Assembly: GCA_030605695.1 (NCBI GenBank)
Contig: JAUWHX010000012.1
Location: 31,483 to 95,482 of the forward strand
Direction: 5' to 3'
Length of the DNA: 64,000 bases
Source of the DNA: a bacterium
GTDB taxonomy: Bacteria; Hydrothermota; UBA3073; JACQXS01
The position numbers and the translations under genes were made by a program. Positions 29,240 through 38,336 of this stretch are shown here, piece by piece (the first letter of the stretch is position 1; every line of letters begins with the position of its first letter). A model generated the notes under the pieces. The model did not search any database. It was not told where the DNA came from and saw only the letters and a list, made by a program, of their open reading frames with translations.

Positions 29240-29328
29240 GCAGAAAACCTCATTATGGCTTTTTAGGGGTTTTCAGAAAAAAGAATTGACTTCTGGTAGA
29301 ATTATTATAGTATAAAGAAAACTCCATT

Positions 29329-30831
29329 ATGAAAGTTGTTTTGGCTGGTATTAATGTTCCCGTAAAGGTTCTTGAGGATTTGCCGGAAGAGGAAAAGAAA
29401 AAAGCAACCCCAGAGGTAATATCTGCGGCTTATGCCAGAATAAGCAGAAGCGAGAAAGATGTTGATGAATTGGTTGATGAGTCCATAGAAGATATTTCTA
29501 AGGCAAGGAAATCAAACGAGACAATTATTTATGGTATGGGACATCATTCGGTTGCTGACCATACCATTTTTAACTTAAATATAAAAGGTGTTTCAAGACT
29601 CCTTGTAGAATCAATAGAGAAAAGAAGATTAGCAGGATATACCGAAAAATCCCAAAGATATGTTACATTAGACGGTGATTATGTCAAGCCAGAGGAGTTT
29701 AGTTTAGAGGATTTGGCGAAATTTGATGAGCTTGTAAAACTTCAAAATGATTTTTATTTCAAAGCTAATCCGAAGCTTTTTGAATTCTTAAAGAGGAAAT
29801 TTCCTAAGAGAAACTTGAGAGAATTAGAAGGCAGTGCAAAAGAAGATGCGAGATATAGTTTGTGCTTAGCAACTGAAGCCCAGCTTGGGTGTTCTTATAC
29901 GGGGCAGACAGCAGAGCTGGCAATAAGAGAATTAAAGTACGGCAGATTAAAAGAGGAGAGAGAGTTTGCTAAGTTGTTGTATGATGCGATAGTAGAAAAA
30001 GCCCCTTCTATAATTCAACTCACTGACCCAGAATTATTTAAGCAACACAATCCGGGACAGGAATTAAAAGATGATAATTTTAAATATACAGAGAATAATT
30101 TAAGAGACTTGGTTGAAAAAAGCTTTAATCAATACAAGAATTTAGGAAGTAAAAATTCAGGAGAAGATGTAGCTTTTGTAAGCCACAATAATCCGGACAG
30201 ACAAATCATTGCGGCTTTGTTGCACACATATTCAAAAAAGCCAACAAATGATTGCTATATTCTGGCAGATAAATTGCTTGATGAAGGAAAAGCCAAAGAT
30301 TTTGTTAAAGACTCCCTAAAACACATCAGCGAATTTGATAAAGTCCCACGAGCATTTGAAACTGGCTTCCTAATTTATGAAGTTATTGTAAGTAGCAGCT
30401 GTTTTGCACAGATAAAGAGGCATAGGATGAATACTCTCTTAAGTCAGGACTACGACCCTGAACTTGGATATATGATTCCACCAAATATTGAAGAAATCGG
30501 GTTGTCGCAAGAGCTAACGGATGTTTGCGACAGGTCTGTTGATTTGTATAATGAATTTAGAAAATATGGGAAGGCAGCTGAATATTGTTTGACAAATGCA
30601 CACAGAAGGAGAGTAGTTGTTGCAACAAACATAAGGCAGCTATATCACATTTCAAGAATAAGAGAGGACGAGACTGCACAGTGGGAGATTAGAGATAAAA
30701 CAAGCACAATGTCAAAATTGGCAAGGACAGTGGCTCCTATTACAACTATGCTTCTTGGCGGCAAGCATAACTTTAAAAACATTCATTCTCGGGTAATGAA
30801 AAAGAAGGGAGTTAAAGCAAGGGGGTATTAG
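29329..30831 (+). CDS. thyX: double-domain (fused) ThyX-like flavin-dependent thymidylate synthase
   Basis: 500 aa. N-half GMGHHSVADHTIFNLNIKGVSRLLVESIEKRRLAGYTEKSQRY (RHR degenerated to KRR, SQRY kept). C-half FAQIKRHRMNTLLSQDY (RHR-x6-S kept). Confidence 0.7.
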   Translation: MKVVLAGINVPVKVLEDLPEEEKKKATPEVISAAYARISRSEKDVDELVDESIEDISKARKSNETIIYGMGHHSVADHTIFNLNIKGVSRLLVESIEKRRLAGYTEKSQRYVTLDGDYVKPEEFSLEDLAKFDELVKLQNDFYFKANPKLFEFLKRKFPKRNLRELEGSAKEDARYSLCLATEAQLGCSYTGQTAELAIRELKYGRLKEEREFAKLLYDAIVEKAPSIIQLTDPELFKQHNPGQELKDDNFKYTENNLRDLVEKSFNQYKNLGSKNSGEDVAFVSHNNPDRQIIAALLHTYSKKPTNDCYILADKLLDEGKAKDFVKDSLKHISEFDKVPRAFETGFLIYEVIVSSSCFAQIKRHRMNTLLSQDYDPELGYMIPPNIEEIGLSQELTDVCDRSVDLYNEFRKYGKAAEYCLTNAHRRRVVVATNIRQLYHISRIREDETAQWEIRDKTSTMSKLARTVAPITTMLLGGKHNFKNIHSRVMKKKGVKARGY

Positions 30832-31469
30832 TCAACTACTGTTGAATCCTCGTTTTTTCGTTTGAATAAAAGTGGAAAGAGCATCCCGGTTGTCTTCCGA
30901 TAAATTTTATATTCCTCGCCAAAGACTTCTATAAGTAGATTTTCCTCTAATTTTGCTTGCATATACAACAAAGGTAGCAAAATCACAATGAGTATCAAGA
31001 AAAAGAAGTTCTGGGAAAGCAAAAACAGTCCAATGTACGCCAAAACTCTTGATGAGTAAAGGGGATGTCTAACATAACGATATAATCCAGTTTTAACGAT
31101 TTGATGCCCGTCCTTCAAACGAGACCATCGTGCCGCACTAAATTCACCCAATGATAGAATTCCCCACCAAGCCAAGATTATCCATAGAGTCAACGATACC
31201 ATTCCTACTAATTGGAGGAAAGAGTTAAGTTGGTAGGATAGGGCTACGAGAAAGTTTTCGTCCCTAATAAAAAAAAATGCGAACACAAAGATAAAAAATA
31301 CAAACATGCGGTCAAACACTGCGGTTATAAGTGTCAACAATCTGGGTGTTCTTGGCATTTCGGAGCTTGGATTTCGGCGTCTGCTCACCTTTGTATATAC
31401 TATCATAAGAATCAGGAATGCACTGATTAGGAGTATTAAGAAAACTTTCACAAAAAGAGGATTCAACAT
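30828..31469 (-). CDS. isoprenylcysteine carboxyl methyltransferase (ICMT)/phospholipid methyltransferase family membrane protein
   Basis: Multi-TM. GLYRYVRHPLYSSRVLAYIGLFLL signature. Start is either ATG 31469 (preferred) or TTG 31499 (track). Overlaps the convergent thyX end by 4 nt. Confidence 0.7.
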   Translation of the reverse strand: MLNPLFVKVFLILLISAFLILMIVYTKVSRRRNPSSEMPRTPRLLTLITAVFDRMFVFFIFVFAFFFIRDENFLVALSYQLNSFLQLVGMVSLTLWIILAWWGILSLGEFSAARWSRLKDGHQIVKTGLYRYVRHPLYSSRVLAYIGLFLLSQNFFFLILIVILLPLLYMQAKLEENLLIEVFGEEYKIYRKTTGMLFPLLFKRKNEDSTVVD

Positions 31470-31559
31470 TCCAAATACTTTAAACCAACTTTTTAGCAAG
31501 TCAAGAACTTTTTCTAAAATAATTCATTTTACCACCCCATACTCATTAAAAAACTATGT

Positions 31560-31748
31560 CAAGTGAAATGTTCACCAACACAAGCGAGAAATTCACTTGG
31601 TCAAGTCAAGTATTCACTATGCCAAGTGAGAAGTTCACTATGCCAAGCGAAATGTTCACTAATGCAAGTGAAATGTTCACTATGTCAAGTGAAAGTTTCA
31701 CTTGGTCAAGTGGAATGTTCACTGAAGGTAGTGAAATGTTAGCGGAAG
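31560..31748. repeat. tandem array of 8 good and 1 degenerate 21-bp units, each with the 15-bp palindrome AGTGAA-N3-TTCACT
   Basis: Units start at 31560, 31581, 31602, 31623, 31644, 31665, 31686, 31707 and 31728 (degenerate). Examples: CAAGTGAAATGTTCACCAACA, CAAGCGAGAAATTCACTTGGT, CAAGTGAGAAGTTCACTATGC, CAAGTGAAATGTTCACTATGT. Confidence 0.9.
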
Positions 31749-31761
31749 GTAGGAGCAACTT

Positions 31762-32628
31762 TCAGTTGCGACCCTTAATTGTATTATCGCAGGTAAAACC
31801 TGCTCCTACTAGAATCTGATATGCGGCAGATAAGAACTGATACACTTCGTTTGAATTCCTGCAAAAATACTGTGCACTTGAGTTCTCTCTATTACCGACT
31901 ACTACGGATATTTCTTCCTTCCCCAAAACCTTAAAAGCATCTTCGTCGGTGAGGTCATCCCCAATATAAATTCTTAAGGTTTTATTGGTAATGCCACTCC
32001 GTGGCGAATCAAGCAATTCGGAGACTTTTGATATGGCTTCCCCTTTATTCCAGTCAATAATGGGTCTTATCTCATAAACTTTTTTCCCTCTGCCAATACA
32101 AAATATCTTACTATAAGGGCTTACTATCTTAGATACTATATTTCTTATCTCTTTTGCAGATTTTCCAGTAACCAACCGATAATGAATGCTCACGATTAAT
32201 CCTTTGTCTTCTATTAGAACCCCGGGAATCTCTTTGGCAAAACCTTTCACATCGGAGAGAATCTTTTTTATCATAGGTCTAATTTGAGTAGTTGCTGGGT
32301 GAACCCAGTATTTCTCTCCACTCCATTTTGAAGGTCGTGGTGAACCACATTCTATTTCAAGTCCATGATTCCCTATATATATAATCCCCTCAATATCAAT
32401 CAAATCTTTAATTTCTTTAAACGACCTGCCTGTGACTATGGCTAAATAAATTTTTGGAAGGCTCGAGAGCTTCTTTATCAGCTTCCTTGCGGAAATAGGC
32501 AAAACCGCCAGTTCAGGTCGAGATTTAATTGGGACAAGCGTCCCATCGTAATCCAAGAACAAAAAGACTCTCTCTGCAGACTGAACTTTTTTTTCTACCT
32601 CTTTTATTTCTTCAAAGAGGCATTTCAT
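31762..32628 (-). CDS. otsB: trehalose-phosphate phosphatase-like HAD hydrolase
   Basis: FLFLDYDGTLVPI, AIVTGRS, GNHGLE, YIGDDLTDEDAF. Confidence 0.8.
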   Translation of the reverse strand: MKCLFEEIKEVEKKVQSAERVFLFLDYDGTLVPIKSRPELAVLPISARKLIKKLSSLPKIYLAIVTGRSFKEIKDLIDIEGIIYIGNHGLEIECGSPRPSKWSGEKYWVHPATTQIRPMIKKILSDVKGFAKEIPGVLIEDKGLIVSIHYRLVTGKSAKEIRNIVSKIVSPYSKIFCIGRGKKVYEIRPIIDWNKGEAISKVSELLDSPRSGITNKTLRIYIGDDLTDEDAFKVLGKEEISVVVGNRENSSAQYFCRNSNEVYQFLSAAYQILVGAGFTCDNTIKGRN

Positions 32629-33863
32629 TTATTAAGACAAGCCACGCCTCGTCCGGGATGCTTGACGGAGAGAAGAACACAAAGCAGGTTTCGCAAATAA
32701 TGAGGAGGTAAAAAGTTAGCCCTTACTCTATCATAAGCCTGTTCTCCTAAAAGAGTAGCGAGTTTCGGATTTGACAGAAGTTGACGGGTCCAGAAAGCCG
32801 CTCCTTCCACAGTATTGACCAGGAACCCAGTTGCCTCATCTACTATCTGATATCGGATACCACCGGTGTCACCTCCAATAACAGCTTGCTTCTTCCACAT
32901 TGCTTCTGTAACTACCAAGCCAAAACCTTCGCGAATTGACTTTTGCAATATCACACTCGCACTACGCTGAAATGCATTCACCACAAGGTCATTTGGGTCA
33001 GGATTTGCAATAACTGTAACTCCAGGCACTTTATTTGCTTCTTGGATAAACTCTTCATAGACTTTTTTCCCTGGTGGGTCATCTGGAGCAAAGTTTCCTA
33101 TATACACAAAAGGGACTTTAAAAGATTTTTGCACTATTTTAAATGCTTGCAAAGCTCCTAATGGGTCCTTCAGTTTATCAAACCGACTAACTTGCAAGAT
33201 AAATTTCTCATCTGTTGAGAACCCATATTTCTTCAGAAACTTATAAATCTCAGACTCTCTCAAATCTCGGTTTTTGTCAGAAAACGCGTCAATAAAAGGA
33301 GGCATTACATATTGAGGAATATCTAAATCAGCTTTGGTAAATTGTGGGATATGAAAAATCGCACCATCGACAAGGTCAACAAGCGGAGATAGAAACCTCC
33401 ACACCCTCGTATCTGCTTCTGAAATGTCAATATGACAGCACCATATCCATTTGCTCTTTTCTCTTTGACGAAATTCCGAAAGCCCCAAAGGTTGAGGGTC
33501 ATGAAGAATTACAAAATCCGCATTTTTATCAATCTTTTCCTGATTAACTACTTGCATCTTTTTATATATCTGAAACATCTTTTGAGTAATCCGTGTTCTC
33601 GCACCATGAAGGGCAACATGAAAAGATTTTGTCAGGTCAAAAAATTCTTCAGTTCCCTCAATTACATCCCATTCTACTTCTAATCCTATTTCGTTCATAA
33701 GAGGAACAAGCTGATTTAGTATTTCTGCAACTCCACCTCCTGTTTTGGTTGAGTTAATATGCTGTACCCGAGCTCCTTTTAATTGTTGTGCCAAAAGCTT
33801 GATTTCCTCTATCGTTGCTTCACCTACTAAGGGAATATAGTCTTCTAATTTAACTTTTTTCAC
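32625..33863 (-). CDS. GT4 glycosyltransferase of the TreT (trehalose glycosyltransferring synthase)-like type
   Basis: 412 aa. KLEDYIPLVGEATIEEIKLLAQQLKGARVQHINSTKTGGGVAEILNQLVPLMNEIGLEVEWDVIEG resembles, from memory, archaeal TreT N-termini. C-terminal REGFGLVVTEAMWK. 4-nt overlap with otsB. Confidence 0.65.
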   Translation of the reverse strand: MKKVKLEDYIPLVGEATIEEIKLLAQQLKGARVQHINSTKTGGGVAEILNQLVPLMNEIGLEVEWDVIEGTEEFFDLTKSFHVALHGARTRITQKMFQIYKKMQVVNQEKIDKNADFVILHDPQPLGLSEFRQREKSKWIWCCHIDISEADTRVWRFLSPLVDLVDGAIFHIPQFTKADLDIPQYVMPPFIDAFSDKNRDLRESEIYKFLKKYGFSTDEKFILQVSRFDKLKDPLGALQAFKIVQKSFKVPFVYIGNFAPDDPPGKKVYEEFIQEANKVPGVTVIANPDPNDLVVNAFQRSASVILQKSIREGFGLVVTEAMWKKQAVIGGDTGGIRYQIVDEATGFLVNTVEGAAFWTRQLLSNPKLATLLGEQAYDRVRANFLPPHYLRNLLCVLLSVKHPGRGVACLNK

Positions 33864-34503
33864 GATATGCCTTTAATATATCTATAGTCTTATCTCTTAA
33901 AGTCTCAAGGTCATATAGATAAGGATTCAACTTATCCAATTTTTGAGCCGCTTCTTTTGCTCCATAAGTCTCAAGCCATTCAGAAAAATCGTTGTGATAT
34001 TTCCCCTTTCGTCTATACCGTGCTTCAATAAAGTGATGTAACATAGCTCCTCGCCCAAGTCTCCGCAATCCATTGATAAAATCATTCAAGTTCTCCACTT
34101 CTACTTGAGCTGGGATAACAAAACTTCTTAACTCCATAAAGTAAAGTTCTCGCACTTTTGGGACGCGAGGAAAAACCTGAATCTCCCCAATATAACTTTC
34201 TACGTATCGGATAAGTTTTTCTCTGGCACCTCTTATAGAATCAAATTGCAATGGGTCAACCGAAGCTAATTTTTCTGCTAATGGCTTCTCTTCCAATGTA
34301 TTATGAACCCAACGAGCAAAATCATTCATTACATAATGAAGAGTAAGTCTTTGACGATGAAACAGGGCATGATGCAGATGATAAAAAATAGATGAACCAG
34401 GAACATCTCGTAGTCCTTCTAAAAGGGAACCTAACGAATCTGCTGTAAACCCTGTCCACCTAACTACCCCAATTTCTGTGAAAAACTGGAACTTATCTTT
34501 CAT
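33850..34503 (-). CDS. hypothetical protein made of two tandem copies of a ~100-aa domain
   Basis: The two halves align: ..SLGSLLEGLRDVPGSSIFYHLHHALF..NDFARWVHNTLEEKPLAEKLASVDPLQFDSIRGAREKLIRYV versus ..NLNDFINGLRRLGRGAMLHHFIEARY..NDFSEWLETYGAKEAAQKLDKLNPYLYDLETLRDKTIDIL. 14-nt overlap with the GT4 gene. Confidence 0.5.
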   Translation of the reverse strand: MKDKFQFFTEIGVVRWTGFTADSLGSLLEGLRDVPGSSIFYHLHHALFHRQRLTLHYVMNDFARWVHNTLEEKPLAEKLASVDPLQFDSIRGAREKLIRYVESYIGEIQVFPRVPKVRELYFMELRSFVIPAQVEVENLNDFINGLRRLGRGAMLHHFIEARYRRKGKYHNDFSEWLETYGAKEAAQKLDKLNPYLYDLETLRDKTIDILKAYREKS

Positions 34504-34719
34504 ATGATGAAATTAAACGGGCTAATTTTAGAAAAGTCAAGCTTTATTTTTCTTTTTTTGGCTAAAGACTACACAATGTCTGCCCAAAACTGCTTTTCTT
34601 GTCATACCTCATCTCGACAGAATTCAACATTTCAGTTTTTTCGTGCCTCAGTGGTAATTTTTTATCTTTTTATACAATTAAGACTTGACTTCTTGAGGAA
34701 ATATTATAAATATCAACCT

Positions 34720-37464
34720 GTGAATTACAAAGAGACCATACAACTTCCGCACACTGATTTCCCTATGCGTGCAAATCTCCCTGAAAAAGAATCAGAAATT
34801 CTACAGGACTGGGCTCGCATCCAGGTATACAAATGCATTCAAGAATCAAGAAAAGATAGCGAGCCATACATTTTTCATGACGGTCCTCCTTATGCAAATG
34901 GCCATATCCATATGGGCACAGCTTTTAACCGCATCCTTAAAGATATAATTGTAAAATACAAGACTATGGCAGGTTATAAAGTTCCTTTTATTCCTGGCTG
35001 GGACTGTCATGGAATGCCTATAGAGCGTGAAGTAATTAAAGAATTAAGAGAAAAAGGACAAAACTTATCTAATGAAGAATTAAGAGAATCCTGCAAAAAA
35101 TTTGCTCAAAAGTTTGTGGGCATTCAAAAGGAAGAGTTTACGAGACTTGGAGTATTTGGAGAATGGGATAATCCATATATCACGATGGATCCTGAATACG
35201 AGGCAAAAGTTATTGATATATTTAGAGTGTTAGTAGAAAACGGATATGTTTATAGAGACAAACGGCCAGTTCATTGGTGCACAAGTTGCAAGACAGCTCT
35301 TGCAGAAGCTGAGCTTGAGTATAAAGAAATTGGCTCGCCCTCTATATATGTTAAATTTAAAACACAGAACCCCAAGGTGTCTATCTTTATATGGACTACT
35401 ACTCCTTGGACGCTTCCTGCTAATGTTGCAGTAGCACTCAATCCAAAGCTCCGGTATGACTTTGTAAAAGTCGGAAGCGAGACCCTAATCATTGCCAGCG
35501 ATTTAAAAGATGCAGTCCTTGAGAAACTCGGTATAAAAGATTACGAGATAGAAAAAAGTGTTGCCGGCGAGGAACTCGAGGGAATGACCTACAAACATCC
35601 GTTATTTGATAAAGAATGCAAGGTTATTTTGTCAACTTTTGTTAGCAAAGAATCCGGGACAGGATGCGTGCATATTGCTCCGGGACACGGATATGAAGAT
35701 TATCAGGTAGGTCTCTTATATAAACTCCCTGTGATTTCACCTGTAGATGAGTCTGGTTGTTTTACTGACGAGGTTTCTGAATTTAAGGGAAAGTATGTTT
35801 TTGACGCAGATAAACACATAATAGAAGCTCTCAAGAAGAAAGGAACACTTGTTCATAACGAAGAGTTTTCTCACTCATATCCACATTGCTGGAGATGCAA
35901 GAATCCACTTATATTTAGGGCTACACCTCAATGGTTCTTGCGGATTGACCATAAAAACTTACGAGAACGATGTGTTAATGAGATTGAAAATGTTCATTGG
36001 ATTCCCAGATGGAGCAAGGAACGTATTTTGCATAATATATTAGACCGTCCTGACTGGTGTCTTTCCAGGCAGAGAAGGTGGGGAATCCCAATTCCTGTAT
36101 TATATTGTAAGGGCTGTGGGGCTCCCGTTCTTGATACAAAAGTTATAGAACAAGCAAGGGACATCATTAAAAAGGAAGGTTCTATTGGATGGTTCACTCA
36201 CCCTGTCAAAGATTTTATCAAAGATTCGTGCCGAGAGTGTGGCAACAAGGAATTTGTAAAAGAAAAAGATATTTTTGATGTATGGTTTGATTCAGGGGCA
36301 AGCTGGACAGTGATAAAATCGCAGGGTTTATTTCCAGCTGACCTCTATTGTGAAGGGGTAGATCATCATCGTGGATGGTTCCAGCACTCATTTTTGCTTT
36401 CAATGACTAATGAGGAGAAATCTTGCTTTAAGTCTGTTCTTACTCATGGGCTTATTCTTGATAAGGAAATGAAGAAAATGTCCAAATCGCTTGGGAATGT
36501 TATATCTCCAATGAGCATAATTGAGAAGCAGGGGGCAGATATTCTGAGACTTTATTTCTCGGCACTTGATTATACTTGTGATGTGCCATTTGACCCCGAT
36601 GGACTTGAATCAGCTGTCACGGCTTACCGAAGAATCCGTAATACATTTAAGTTCTTGCTCGGCAACCTTTATGACTTTGAAACAAAGCTCCCTTATGATA
36701 AATTGCTTGAGCTTGACAGGTTAATATTACACCGGCTTGCCTTGCTCATAAAAAAAGTTAAGCAGGGTTATGAAAACTTTGAATTCTATAAAGTTTACCA
36801 TAGCATTTACAACTACTGCACGCTTGATTTATCAAAATTTTATCTTGATATATTAAAAGACAGACTTTATACTTATGGCAAGAATTCTCCGGGGCGGAGG
36901 AGCGCCCAAACAGTATTACATGAAACTTTATTGGCTCTTGTGAAACTTGTAGCACCTATAATTCCTTTTACCGCAGAGGAAGTTTGGCAACATATAACTC
37001 TCAACTCTCAACCCTCAACTCATAACTCGCAAAGTGTGCACCTTGAGTTACTTCCTTTTGCCAATCCTGAATGGATAGACGAAAAACTTGCTAAAGACTA
37101 TGAGCTGATAGAAGCTGTACGGGATGATGTTCTGCTTGCACTTGAATCTGCAAGAAACAAAAAACTCATTGGAAATACGCTTGAGGCAAAAGTAACGTTA
37201 TGGACAGAGGATAAAGACACGAGGGACTTTCTTCAGCAGAAACTGCCGAACTTACCAAATATTTTCATTGTTTCACAGGTGAACATTGATAAAGTCCCAG
37301 AAATGTCGCACCTCAAGAAAGTAGATGCATTTGTTGATAAAGCAGAAGGCAAACGATGTGAGCGATGCTGGATATGGTCTAAAGATGTCGGACTGTCTTC
37401 AGAATACCCAACACTTTGTTCTAAGTGTGTCCGTGTATTAAAGGAGGATAATTATGAACGCTGA
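34720..37464 (+). CDS. ileS: isoleucine--tRNA ligase
   Basis: Start at GTG 34720 (VNYKETIQLPHTDFPMRANL). The track ORF's first 72 codons are promoter/spacer read-through. PPYANGHIHMGTAFN (HIGH), KMSKS, C-terminal CERCW...CSKC zinc motif. Confidence 0.93.
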   Translation: MNYKETIQLPHTDFPMRANLPEKESEILQDWARIQVYKCIQESRKDSEPYIFHDGPPYANGHIHMGTAFNRILKDIIVKYKTMAGYKVPFIPGWDCHGMPIEREVIKELREKGQNLSNEELRESCKKFAQKFVGIQKEEFTRLGVFGEWDNPYITMDPEYEAKVIDIFRVLVENGYVYRDKRPVHWCTSCKTALAEAELEYKEIGSPSIYVKFKTQNPKVSIFIWTTTPWTLPANVAVALNPKLRYDFVKVGSETLIIASDLKDAVLEKLGIKDYEIEKSVAGEELEGMTYKHPLFDKECKVILSTFVSKESGTGCVHIAPGHGYEDYQVGLLYKLPVISPVDESGCFTDEVSEFKGKYVFDADKHIIEALKKKGTLVHNEEFSHSYPHCWRCKNPLIFRATPQWFLRIDHKNLRERCVNEIENVHWIPRWSKERILHNILDRPDWCLSRQRRWGIPIPVLYCKGCGAPVLDTKVIEQARDIIKKEGSIGWFTHPVKDFIKDSCRECGNKEFVKEKDIFDVWFDSGASWTVIKSQGLFPADLYCEGVDHHRGWFQHSFLLSMTNEEKSCFKSVLTHGLILDKEMKKMSKSLGNVISPMSIIEKQGADILRLYFSALDYTCDVPFDPDGLESAVTAYRRIRNTFKFLLGNLYDFETKLPYDKLLELDRLILHRLALLIKKVKQGYENFEFYKVYHSIYNYCTLDLSKFYLDILKDRLYTYGKNSPGRRSAQTVLHETLLALVKLVAPIIPFTAEEVWQHITLNSQPSTHNSQSVHLELLPFANPEWIDEKLAKDYELIEAVRDDVLLALESARNKKLIGNTLEAKVTLWTEDKDTRDFLQQKLPNLPNIFIVSQVNIDKVPEMSHLKKVDAFVDKAEGKRCERCWIWSKDVGLSSEYPTLCSKCVRVLKEDNYER

Positions 37465-37813
37465 AAAACTTGAATATTTTAAGAAACTCTTGCTTGCGAA
37501 AAAAAAGGAGCTTGAAGATGAATTGGGTGAACTTGAAGTGAAATTTAATGTCTCGCAACAAGACTCTTCCTCCGACCTCTCTTCTCATCCAACACATGTG
37601 GCTGATATTAGCGGAGATGCAGAAGACAGGGAATCTCGCTCTTGTTTAATCACTTCAATGGTTAAAGAACTTGCTCAGGTCAACCGTGCTATTAAAAAAA
37701 TATATTCTGACTCCTATGGGATTTGCGAAAAGTGTAACTCCAAAATATCGCCGAAAAGGCTTGAGGCAATCCCTTACGCAGAACTTTGTATTAAATGTGG
37801 AAAAAATTCTTAA
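37454..37813 (+). CDS. DksA/TraR-family C4 zinc-finger protein
   Basis: 119 aa. Coiled-coil N-terminus, then CEKCNSKISPKRLEAIPYAELCIKCG. Confidence 0.75.
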   Translation: MNAEKLEYFKKLLLAKKKELEDELGELEVKFNVSQQDSSSDLSSHPTHVADISGDAEDRESRSCLITSMVKELAQVNRAIKKIYSDSYGICEKCNSKISPKRLEAIPYAELCIKCGKNS

Positions 37814-38247
37814 CGCTTTTGCACGGCATTCTGCGAACCAGAATCCTCTGGATAGGTCTAATTGCCCTTGTTGCAGACCAATTAACGAAATTCTGGGTCT
37901 TCAAGACAAATGCGAATATGCCAGTTATTGGAGATTTTCTGAGAATCACGACCACTCAAAATCCTTATGGAATTTTCGGACTCCGTTATAAAGTCCCTAT
38001 TCTCCCAATTACCGGCCTTGCAATTTGTGCAATCTTTATAATATTATATAAATCTAAATTACTTCCGCTTTCTCTGATATTGGGAGGGGCGATTGGAAAC
38101 TTTATAGACCGTATAAGAATCGGCGCTGTTATAGACTGGATTGACATTGGGGTAAATAACACCAGATGGTATGTCTTTAATATTGCAGATGCAAGCATAA
38201 CTATTGGAATCCTCTGGCTCATTATCAAGGAAATAAAAAGGAAATAA
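37795..38247 (+). CDS. lspA: lipoprotein signal peptidase II
   Basis: ADQLTKFWV, GGAIGNFIDR, VFNIADASI. Confidence 0.9.
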   Translation: MWKKFLTLLHGILRTRILWIGLIALVADQLTKFWVFKTNANMPVIGDFLRITTTQNPYGIFGLRYKVPILPITGLAICAIFIILYKSKLLPLSLILGGAIGNFIDRIRIGAVIDWIDIGVNNTRWYVFNIADASITIGILWLIIKEIKRK

Positions 38248-38249
38248 TG

Positions 38250-38335
38250 CAAGAAACGAGATTTGTGTTGGTGGTTCGTGTTCGTGGTAGTCTTTTCTGT
38301 GACCACGATTCACGATTCACGAATTAGGAGGATAT
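38250..38335. repeat. heptamer word repeats in both orientations
   Basis: GGTTCGTGTTCGTGG ... CCACGATT CACGATT CACGAAT. Confidence 0.75.
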
Positions 38336-38336
38336 T

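Noticed and set aside
31560-31748. The 21-bp tandem array considered as a CRISPR array
   Set aside because: The units are contiguous, with only 8-nt variable linkers. There are no spacers of 25-40 nt, no leader and no cas genes in the window.
31556-31819. 87-aa ORF (SEMFT-repeat protein) through the 21-bp array
   Set aside because: No Shine-Dalgarno. The open frame is expected for a repeat whose period is a multiple of 3. The ORF also overlaps the otsB 3' end on the opposite strand. Kept only as an unlikely alternative.
34504-34719. 72-codon N-terminal extension of the ileS ORF
   Set aside because: The sequence is AT-rich promoter and spacer DNA (TTGACT at 34685). It has no similarity to IleRS N-termini. 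The conserved start NYKETIQLPHTDFPMRANL follows a GTG at 34720.
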